Of a stretch of DNA of 64,000 nucleotides, positions 40,201 through 48,817 are shown one piece after another. Under the pieces are notes generated by a model. That model saw only the letters and a program-made list of their open reading frames with translations, did not search any database and was not told the origin of the DNA. Both the position numbers and the translations under genes were made by a program. Position 1 is the stretch's first letter. Every line of letters starts with the position of its first letter. Source of the stretch: Tubulanus polymorphus (lineage: Eukaryota; Animalia; Nemertea); the NCBI RefSeq assembly GCF_964204645.1, contig NC_134031.1, positions 5,332,001-5,396,000 of the forward strand. The letters are read 5' to 3'.

Positions 40201-41477
40201 TATCAGAAAGGCTGTCGGTCATTATCAAACTAAACTCTGGTAAGAAATAATCGATATTCATATTAGAAATCGTACTTCAATCGGGCTCCAAGTTTTTGGT
40301 ACTCTGCAGCTTTCCAAATGTCTCTTAGCTGACAATTTGAAAACTACTGACCAACTAAAACTGCAGTGTCTCCTGGTCTTGACTAAATGTACTTGAAATT
40401 TTTATTTTTAAAGCAAATGGGCGTTTAATGTGTGGCAGAGTAATTGTAACAGCGAGCGTCGTCGCAACGAGTTAGCATTTAAGTATGGACTACGTTGGTG
40501 GAGACTTGCTACTGGACCCGGTAAAGTTTACGAAAAGGTAATAAAGGAACTTTACTGTGTCTTGTCAAATACAGTGGAACCTTGAACTTTGCATGAGAGG
40601 ATGTCGGGCGGCCTAGCTCAGTCAGTTTTGGTATCACATACCTGATATAGGTGATAGAACGACGAGCACAGACTGGCAGCTGAACTAAAACATTGATTTT
40701 CAATCCATTTTACACTGTATTGAAGGATAGCCAAGAAGTCTTCTTTGAATGGGGTGGAATATAGGAAAGTGACTCCATCAGCCTAATTTGAATATTTAAC
40801 ATGTTTCCATGCCTAAATACCATAATTTTTGATGATTTGAAAAAAACTACAGTTGGTAGGCATGGAAACACTTGATTTATTTGAAAAATGGTGTCACTTT
40901 CCTCTAAGACAACCCCATTTAAAGATTTTTCGGTAATCCTTCAATACAGTCAAATGGATTAGAAATCATTGATTTATTTCAGCTGCCTGTCTATGCTTGT
41001 CCTATGTAAACTTTTATCAGTTATCTACTGCCAAAACTAACTGGGCTAGGCCACCTGACGTCCTCTGAAGCACAGTTGAAATAAACATTACTGAATTACC
41101 TCTACTTACACATTGTTGGATCGTTTATTTTGTAGCGTCGCGTGCGGTTGATGAAATGGGCGTGGTGTAAATGGCGTAAACAAGTCATCCGCGAACGAGT
41201 ATCGAGACAGTTCTATCGACGCGGGCAGCTGAGTTTACTGTCGAAAGTTTTCAACGTCTGGCGACAGTCGGCGACGACGTCCGAGACGTCGCGTTCGCGC
41301 GCGCAGATTTCGTTGATTTCGTCGAGCGAATCGGAATTAGCGGCAGCGCTCGAGAGAATGAGGTCGGAAATGAAGTTCGACGCGCCGACCATATTCGTTC
41401 AATCGGCCAGTTCGATCGAAGACGGCGCCGAATCTCCCGACTTGCTCGATCGGTCAATCGAATCAGATGATTTCTAG
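16357..41477 (+). CDS. Large Sfi1-repeat (centrin-binding-type) protein, C1orf167-like, ~2,814 aa
   Basis: 31 phase-consistent exons totalling 8445 nt: 16357-16362 (inferred), 21014-21107, 21562-24806, 25192-25259, 25872-26097, 26549-26634, 26726-26839, 27219-27305, 27484-27573, 28189-28380, 28928-29137, 29510-29742, 30083-30374, 30954-31170, 31929-32104, 32634-33015, 33635-33841, 34304-34656, 34747-34837, 35295-35412, 35556-35700, 36013-36103, 36462-36632, 37049-37287, 37678-37768, 37850-38051, 38503-38638, 39154-39304, 39974-40239, 40414-40537, 41136-41477. After a ~1,100-aa disordered N-terminus come dozens of A-x7-LL-x3-F-x2-W[KR] Sfi1-type repeats, e.g. ADDFHRRRLERFHFKRWK and ARDFYSSRLTRVHFKAWK. 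The first exon and the orthology are less certain than the body. Confidence 0.82.
16469..16675. mobile_element. TIR element containing an AT-rich microsatellite and telomere-like (CCCTAA/ACCTAA) repeats
   Basis: Perfect 15-bp inverted repeat AAGAATAGGGGACTA (16479-16493) / TAGTCCCCTATTCTT (16651-16665), extendable to 22/25. ctaaacctaaacctaaccct.. array at 16607-16648. Confidence 0.6.
16735..16962 (-). mobile_element. tRNA-derived SINE remnant
   Basis: Minus strand ccgtggcgcagtaggtaaagtgct (A box) ... gggttcgaatccc (B box). Confidence 0.45.
17556..17967. repeat. Modular minisatellite (19/28-bp units, core GGACCCTGATGGAATGAC)
   Basis: About 15 tandem copies of the core, joined by T or CGATCTCTA/TGATCTGTAA linkers. 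Confidence 0.85.
18788..19006. mobile_element. Penelope-like inverted-repeat element (family A)
   Basis: Termini aatgagagaaatcc and ggatttctctcatt; internal minus-strand CTGATGAtggctaatagttattagccGAAA. Confidence 0.5.
19245..19274. repeat. (CT)n microsatellite
   Basis: About 15 uninterrupted TC units. Confidence 0.9.
20533..20669. mobile_element. Penelope-like inverted-repeat element (family A) with CTGATGA...GAAAC motif
   Basis: Arms cgagaaatcc..taaatgtagccaaaacgagaaact and agtttctcgttttggctacattta..ggatttctcg flank CTGATGAtggct..agccGAAACGTT. Related copies at 3313-3416 and 18788-19006; more distant ones at 7666-7838 and 31495-31600. Confidence 0.55.
22965..23228 (+). repeat. Coding tandem repeat (~60-bp / 20-aa unit, ~4.5 copies)
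   Basis: KPTFIPNFSDLDIAKAAPIQ / LPMPIPNITDLNIAAPVQ / KSTFIPNFTDLHIVKSAPIQ / KPTFVPNSTDFGYAKSAPVQ / MLAFVPDFTD. Confidence 0.85.
25345..25624. mobile_element. CAGGGTGGC-family MITE copy
   Basis: Aligns by eye with 50645-50948 and 35741-35946; ends in gtgtccaccctg. Confidence 0.65.
30447..30610. mobile_element. Penelope-like inverted-repeat element (family B)
   Basis: Arms aacccaaagttgatgat...tctgacag and ctgtcagaataaattgttgaatcatcaactgtgggtt form a palindrome; same family as 34899-35191. Confidence 0.55.
31318..31850. mobile_element. piggyBac-type MITE interrupted by a Penelope-like fragment
   Basis: Starts with TTAACCCTTTCAGC. Homology to 38842-39121 (reverse orientation) breaks at ~31480 and resumes at ~31710. 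Confidence 0.55.
34899..35191. mobile_element. Penelope-like non-autonomous inverted-repeat element (family B)
   Basis: Inverted arms, each with a TGANGA..aacttcGAAACtGTC motif. Related copies at 30447-30610 and 39543-39645. Confidence 0.55.
34940..34983 (-). ncRNA. Minimal type I hammerhead-ribozyme-like motif in a Penelope-like foldback element
   Basis: Minus strand reads UUCU-CUGAUGA-U-aaaguuu aguc aaaaguuc-GAAAC-U-GUC-GGAA. It has both core boxes, an imperfect stem II, a GUC triplet and a 4-bp stem I. Confidence 0.5.
35741..35946. mobile_element. CAGGGTGGC-family MITE copy
   Basis: Starts cagggtagccacttgcctgaaaatcagggaaaagtc and carries the shared internal block. Confidence 0.65.
38842..39121. 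mobile_element. piggyBac-type MITE with TTAA target duplication
   Basis: TTAA|CCCTTTCAGTG ... CACTGGAAGGG|TTAA. Partial or degenerate copies at 31318-31850, 33964-34160, 36647-36800 and 48410-48507. Confidence 0.75.
40590..41072. mobile_element. Long degenerate foldback element
   Basis: Inverted arms of ~220 bp, e.g. gaggatgtcgggcggcctagctcagtcagttttgg / ccaaaactaactgggctaggccacctgacgtcctc, ctgtattgaagga / tccttcaatacag, and tgtttccatgccta / taggcatggaaaca. Confidence 0.65.
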
Positions 41478-42759
41478 GTTCCTCCGCTTTGCAATAATAT
41501 AACAAACTCAAATTATAACCGTCCAGTATTGAAATGTGATTAATCGCCCTGAGGTTGGTTTTTCATAGAGCGTGTCACAGTTTAACTGCCATGGGTTAAC
41601 TTACCCGTTCAGTGCGAAGATAATTTAAAGATTTCTAAAAATCTCACCTGAGCGTGTTGTATGATAGGCATGCTACTTTGATTTTATAGACCGGGTTTAA
41701 CATAGATCTCGAGCTAAAACTCCAAGACCGAGACGAGTTTGTACATGTAGTAAGAATGGGTTAAACTGAACAGGTCTGAATGCTGCACTCAATTCGATAG
41801 TTGAGTTAGCTTTAGCATAAAATGAAAAACCGGTTTATAAAATTGGCCATTGATGTTGACAAGATAAGAAGACCATGAATCCAGAGATTTGGTCAGCTGA
41901 AAAGATTGCCAATTCCTAAGTGGTGATGAAGCTATGGCAATGGGTTAACACAGTGGGCTAGAATTGAAACTAGATCAACAACAAGACGTTATGACAAAAA
42001 ATTCACCAAATCTGATCTGTAAAAGTTCACTTATCACGCATGTGTTGAGATTGAAAATGATTTTGTTGTTAATAGTTTTCTATAGTTTTCGCATGTGTTC
42101 ATTTTTATATTCGTGCAATATATTTTGTCGATAGAATAAAATAAACGTTGAATTTTGCAGAAATCGATGTTTTTATTACGATGTATGTTTTCGTACCGTG
42201 TTCACGTGATTCATCCACAGGGATTGCTCTCAAAATAGACCCAGAAAAGCTAATAAATTCACCAACAAAAAAAAAACTAGAAGGATATATAAATTGAATA
42301 GATATTCTTTCTTTCACCTGAAAAAGTTGACAATAAAATTTACAAATATAGATATTCCAGCCGGTAGCGTTCTAGTTAAATGCAATAGATACATGTATAG
42401 AAAATACACTAACAAAATGCAAGTAAAATACTTCCTTCATCGGAAGCTGGAACAAATGACATGCGACTGATGGAATGGAGACTGCCATGTTAACTAACCA
42501 AACAAGCATTTCCCTTTACAAAGCATTGAAATGAAATGTGATTGGCTACAGAATATCATGAAATGAAAGACGCGAATAGCTGTACATTCAGCCTACTAGA
42601 GCAGTTTCTTTCCTATAAGGAGTGCAAAAACATGGAGTGACAAAATTCTTAAAATACAAATAACAAGAAGTGTTTTTAGGCTAAAAAAAATTGATAGCTT
42701 GTTTCTCCACTCTGGTGAGCTTACAAGTTGATGCGACCGGCCGCCTATCTACAGCCTAT

Positions 42760-43062
42760 GGCAGGGATTCGAACCTGATGGCATCGCTTCACTCAGCCAC
42801 GGCACGAAACCTTGCCACACTAGACCGGGTGCGCAGGTTTACCGCAGGAATTGCGACACCAATCAGATTGCTCCTATAATCGCTGATGAACTATCAATGG
42901 GAAAACTCGGGCTGAAGTAAACCGGGATATCTGATTGGCTAATAATGTCATCATCTAAGCCGCGCATGTAGCTGAGCACTCGGTCTAGCGTGGCATGGTT
43001 TCGTAGCGTGGCATGGTTTCGTACCGTGGCAATCTCGATGCCATCAGGATCGTATCCCTGCC
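42760..43062. mobile_element. Inverted pair of tRNA-like SINE heads
   Basis: ggcagggattcgaacctgatggcatcg..gccacggcacgaaaccttgccacactagacc mirrored by ggtctagcgtggcatggtttcgtaccgtggc..cgatgccatcaggatcgtatccctgcc. A single copy lies at ~59600-59670. Confidence 0.6.
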
Positions 43063-43445
43063 GGGGCGAAGGATGAGGATCGATATGAAAGAAAATCGCC
43101 CGCGATCCACATGCAATCTATTACGGGTAATCGGCTAACTTTTCATAATAATTTATATACATGATTTGGAATCAAAATAATTTATCATACATTATTATCA
43201 TCATTAAAACATTTCTACTAATTAAATCGGCAAATAAATTCGATATCACATTTTCATCCGAACACAATCAAAATATCAACGAAGGAACCGGCCTCCGATT
43301 GAGCAATATTTCAAATCACTTTAATTTTCTACGATAACAATCAACGCTTTAATATTTTCCATAATTACAGTAATTCATTACCACCACTTCTACATACTTC
43401 TACATTCAGTTAATCAATTAACTGTTTTAGAAACGGGCACATTTT

Positions 43446-43702
43446 CAGGGTCCGATCTAAGCACTTGTCCGATTGCCCGGGACAAGTATATTCTCATCAG
43501 AGCAAGTAGGTTATCATTATCACTTATCCCCCGGGCTGGTGCAATTTTATGTCACAAAGCTTTTTTCCCACCTGACACAACGGATGATAGTGCCACCAAT
43601 CGGACTGCCTGTGTAGGGCAAGTAGCTTTTGGAGGGGGCAAGCGAAATTTCAGATATGCTTGCCCCCGGGCAAGTGGCTATCATTCCTTAGATCGGACCC
43701 TG
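43446..43702. mobile_element. MITE with perfect 16-bp TIRs and apparent 5-bp TSD
   Basis: CAGGGTCCGATCTAAG ... CTTAGATCGGACCCTG, flanked on both sides by ATTTT. Confidence 0.75.
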
Positions 43703-43729
43703 ATTTTTCTAGAATTCTAGAATCTAAAT

Positions 43730-46700
43730 TCATTTCAAATCCGTTACTTTAACGTACATCGTCTTGATCATTTCCTTGTCGAGCGTCTGGCCGCTGTTTC
43801 GTGCGTGCATTTTCAGGTGCTTCATCAAAACGAAATGCCGGCCGAACGTTTTACCGCAGAGGTTACACTTGTACGGGCGTTCGCCCGTGTGCGAGCGCTC
43901 GTGGCGCTTGCACGTCGTCTGCGACGCGAACGTCTGCCCGCAGAAGTTACACGGATACGGTTTCTCGCCGGAGTGCACGCGCACGTGGTTCTTCATGTTC
44001 TGCTTCAGCGAGAATTTCTGCTTGCAGATGTTGCACTCGAACAGCGAGTCGGCGTGCTTCGCCTGCACGTGTTCGAGCAACGCCGATTTGTCGCCGTCGA
44101 ACGGAAGTTCGCAGTATTTACAGAATATCGCCGCCGCGCACGTATGCTTCGATTTCCCACCCGTGACGCCGTTAATCTCCGCCGCGCAAGCGTCGCAGTT
44201 CGCGTTCTTGTTTCGATGCAATCGATGCGTTTGATAATGACTTGTCAACGCAGCGCTCGAGCCGAATTTCTCGTTGCAGAACTTACACGCCATCGCGGCA
44301 GTCGCCCTAGACGACGAGGACGACGTGTTCTTTTCCGTGGCAGTCGACGCTGTGTTTTTATTGACGGACGAATGCGCCAGCATATGAATATGCAACCGAA
44401 CACCGGTGGAAACTTGCTGCTTACAAATCGGGCAAACGTAGACGACTTTGCCAGCCTTTTCTTGCGCATAGACTTTCATGTGTTTGCACTGGTCGTACGA
44501 GCATCCGCATTTCTCGCATATATTCGCGTGTTTCGCCAGGTGATCGCTCAGGTGGCATTTACGCAGGAACGTTTTGCCGCATTCGTCGCAAGCGAACGGG
44601 CGTTCGCCGGTGTGCGTTCGTTTGTGCTTCATCAAAAGGTCGTTACGCGTGAACGTCAAGTCGCAGTACTCGCAGTTGAACGGCTTGTGTTCGAGGTGTA
44701 CTTTCGTGTGGCGCTTCGACGCGGTTTTCGTCTTGAACGTTTTCTTGCACAAGTTGCACTGGAACAAACGCTCGGCGGCAATCTCGGTGACGTCCACCGC
44801 CATCGTAGAGGGCGCCGCCGACATCGATGATTCGATGTTCATCTCGCGGTTTTCCGTGCTGCTGCTGCGTCGCTGTCGGCGCGTGACCGACGAACCGCCG
44901 ACGTAATCGGCGACCGGTCCCAGAATTTCGCCCCTCAAATGCATCTCCGACACGCTTTTCAAATCTTTCACGATCTCGTTCAACGCCTGGGTCTTCGATT
45001 TCGTCGTCTCCGCGTCGCCGCTCGAAAACAAACCGCCGCCGACGTTGGTCGTCACGTTTTTCGAATCTTTTTTCGCTGGTAAACCCAACTGCAGATATTC
45101 ATTTCGGTACGTCGCGTGATTCGTCGCGGAATAGTTCGCGTTCACGCTACTAGATGGAGCCATCGAATTAGGCTGGAATAAATCGGCGTTCAGCGCCAAT
45201 GAGGAAAAGTCGCCGTTGCTCGTAGAATACGGTGTAAATTGACCGTTAAGATTATAGTCGGTAGAATTCGCCGGTAATTGGAACCTGTTGTACGTGTTTT
45301 CAGGTTCAGCAGTCGTAGTAGCGGTATTGGAATAAATATTCGTATTTTGTCCGGTATCGATATAGTTGCCGTTACTCGCGGCGAAGACTCCTTCGTTACT
45401 GGTCGCGGGGATATACGAATTCAACGGAGCGTGATACTGCTGTAAGTGACAGCTTAAATCGTTCGCGTTCGCGAACAAGATTCCGCAAACCAAACACATC
45501 AGATTGTCGTCCGATTGTTGATGATAAGCTAGATCGGGGCCGATGTCTAATTCGGTGTAATTATTATTCGCAGTTGTTTGGGCGTAACTCGGCTGTGAAT
45601 AAGCAGCGGCCGTCGCCGCCGGCGTTGCGTGTCCCGTATAGAAATTATTTGCGTTCTGCAACAACGAATCGATTTGTTGCAGAAGATTATCGGTCGCGTT
45701 CGCCCCCGCCGCCGTCTGCTCATCGATGACGGCGTCGGGTATCGGAACGAAGCCGTCGTGCGCCGACGACGCGAGGAACTCTTGCTCGACTATATTCAAA
45801 TTATTCGCGTTGTTGTTGATGAAGGCCTCTGCGAATCCGATCAAACCAAAGTCGACTTCGTCCACGGCGCCTTTATTCGTCGGTTTCTTTCGATTTTTGC
45901 GCGACGGAGCAATTTTTCGGCGTTTTCGACACAAGCTCAATTCTTGTTTCGGTATCAGTTCGTAATCCTGGTTTATTGATCGCAACAGTTTTCTCTTGAT
46001 CCCGCTGGCGCTGCCGGTTGGTTTTTGTAGATTCTGCGGCGCTGCGTTCTTCGTTTTCAATCGACCGGAAAATCGTTTTGGCGAGTATTTCACCGGGTCC
46101 AATGACTGTAGTAACTTTCGCTGGAAAATAACAAATGACGTCGTTAAATATTCCTCTGTCAGTTTAAGATTTAAAGACAAGTAAAACCAGAAAGAAATAC
46201 AGAAGAACTACAGTTGAACTCGCTGAATTTAGATTTTCAATCCAGATTTTCTATACAACATTTCATAGTGGCAATGGTAGCAGAACATGCAAAGGATTTT
46301 GTGTTTACTTGGTCTATACAGTAACAGACGCTAAGCTAAACACAAAATTCGGTCAGCTTGTATTTTCCAATTCAATTTAGTTATTTGGATGAGTCGTCAT
46401 CATATTGTGATAATGATGATCCCAAATACGATGACTAAAGCGAGTTATTCGTAACGAACTTACTTTAAGAAGCATCGGTTGTTTCGGCGAAAGCAATATT
46501 TTGTGAATCGGTTTCTTTTTCGATTCGGACGCTTTTTTTGGTTCATCTTCGCTGTCCGTGTCTTCAACTTTAACGCAAGACAACTTCTTCGGAGTCGCGC
46601 TCTTTCGCTGAAAAAACACGATCGAATTCAAACAGCTTAAGTCAAATGTTAAAATTTTAGACCAGAAAAGAGAAAACTTGATCGATTCTTATAAAACTGG

Positions 46701-47341
46701 CTAACAAACCATTAGCACCAAATTGACAAGTTTTTTGGGCCTCAACACTATGTTTTAATAAATTTCAATAGCAGGCCTATATAAGTTACCAAAGATTAAA
46801 ATAATGATAATAATAATAAATATGTCATTTATATAGTGCAGGTATCCTAAACAGAGTCAAGTTATTAGCCCTTTTCATTAAATTGGTATTATTACCCCCA
46901 GCCTTTAACTCTATTCTATGTATCAGTCATCTCTCCCTGGGGAGAAGTAACACCGAGCGGCTAACAAGCGTTCAGGAGTCATCTATCAATGAGGATAAGT
47001 GTCTTGCCCGAGGACACTACGGTAATGTACGGGGTTTGAACCCACGATCTGGCTTCATAATTGTCTAATGACGATATAATGTACATTCTCCAAAATATGC
47101 CTATTATACTCACCTTAGAAGCTGACCGGGGTGAGATGATTAGATTCTCCGCCAATTCGCCATCATCTAAGATATAAAAAATAAGTTCAAATTGTTTACT
47201 TTCAACTAGCAGCCGATCGCATTCATACAGCGAGTCAAATTTGAATATGAACTGATTTTTGCTTTAAAACTAACCTCGCGGTGGTGTTACGATGGAATTC
47301 GTTGTAGTAGTTTTAGATTTAGGCGAATCCATCTTGCTCAT
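43730..47341 (-). CDS. C2H2 zinc-finger transcription factor, ~884 aa
   Basis: Exons 47341-47275, 47166-47114, 46607-46464, 46120-43730 are in frame (2655 nt). About 11-12 C2H2 or C2H2-like fingers with HTGERP/HSGEKP linkers, basic NLS-like stretches and an Asn/Ala/Thr-rich middle region. Upstream non-coding exon donor at 47705. Confidence 0.9.
46798..47070 (-). mobile_element. tRNA-derived SINE remnant
   Basis: Minus-strand B-box-like GGGTTCAAACCCC, then tgtcctcgggcaagacactt, ctccccagggagag and gcactatataaatgac, ending in a (TTA)n tail. Confidence 0.6.
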
Positions 47342-47704
47342 GTTTCTTATGTTCAGCTATCAGTCACATTTGGATTTTTCTGCTAGAAAAGAGATTACAA
47401 AACGGATTGCTATTTGTAGGCCCTATAGTTTAACCTACTTATAGGTATCAACCTCATTGGAGCCTAACTTACCCTGCCTTACCCTAATCCTAGCCCAAAA
47501 ACAGACCTCTAACCCTATTCTTACCCTCTTCAGACATTTTATCGATATTCACTGCCTCTGGCTAAATCAAATAAATAATTGAATTGAATTGTATTTTGAA
47601 TGGGGGAACGAAAGTTGATTTTACGGAGTTTGATGGTGTTTTTGCGGGATATGAAAAGTTTGCTTTATACTCTAACAAAATCTCAATCAGGATTTATTAC
47701 TTAC

Positions 47705-47932
47705 AGGAACGCCAGCGACTCTAACAGTACATTAGAACGATTAAAACGATGATTCTTTCGACGAAACCATTTCTTTTTTAAATTCAAATTTCGTTCAATT
47801 TCCGGGTTGGTCGCAGCACTGTACGGTACAGCGCCGAGACCCGCGACTGACTGACGGCTCAAGGTCGTAGAGCTAATCGTTAACCACGATGTACAACTCT
47901 TCTTTTTTATTATATTCGTTGACTATTTAAAG
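47705..47932. promoter_or_regulatory. Bidirectional promoter between the zinc-finger gene and TRUB2
   Basis: Minus-strand donor (|GTAAGT) at 47705 and plus-strand donor (AAG|GTATTT) at 47932 flank a short CpG-rich core at ~47800-47870. Matching acceptors lie at ~47383 (minus) and 48768 (plus). Confidence 0.5.
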
Positions 47933-48817
47933 GTATTTTAGTGAATAATTGAAATAATCTTGTTAATTTAAATGATGCAATAGTGATCGTGGGCTGAGGT
48001 TGCCTCGGGCTTCCCAGATTTTTGTGAAAATCGGTTCAAAATAGGATCCCTATATCACCACATACAGACATGTTCGAGTGACACACCAACAACAGAACAG
48101 GCAACACACATTGCGATTTTCCTCAGACTGAGCCCCTGTTGATTGGGCTTTCACTGGCTTGTTGGTCTTGATGTCCAGCAGAGAGGAATGGATTGACCTT
48201 TAAACTCACCTCTTTTTAATGTCGATTTTAATTTTAAAACCCCTTCAGTAGTTCAGGCTTCAGTGTTGACCAATTTTTTTTACTTTTGAAGGCTGGAGAT
48301 GGAATTTTTTGAAAATTTTTTCCAATTCCCTAACCATACCAATATTCCTGACATACCACTCATATAGCATGTTGTATCATTAGGTGCTGCTATCATTCAA
48401 AAGAGTTAATAATCAGTTAACATTGATTCACTGCCGTGCAGTGTATTAGCAAAGTCTATCACTGATTTATACCCCGCGCTGGGGTGTAGACGCACTGGAA
48501 AAGTTAAACCGTGTTGAAGGGCTAGGTGCAGATCAAACTATGAGCATTGAGAAATATTTTAAATATCACCTAAATTTATGTAAATTATCAAACGAGCCGG
48601 ACACCAATAGGCCTCAACAGGCCTCCATAAGTCCGTGATATTGATGATGATGATGAAGAAGGATTGCCCCTAGGCTCAAAGTCTTAGTTATTGAATATTG
48701 GGTTAGCCCTAGCGTACTGCTAAACCTGAAGTTTGTATTAAAATGTGTTGAGAATTTTGTTTTTTCAGTCATTAATCATAAAGGAGTTGCGTTCTATCCA
48801 CTGTAATACAGCAGCTT

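Noticed and set aside
43764-45979. Plus-strand ORFs up to 341 aa opposite the zinc-finger exon
   Set aside because: Typical stop-poor antisense frames of repetitive C2H2 coding sequence.
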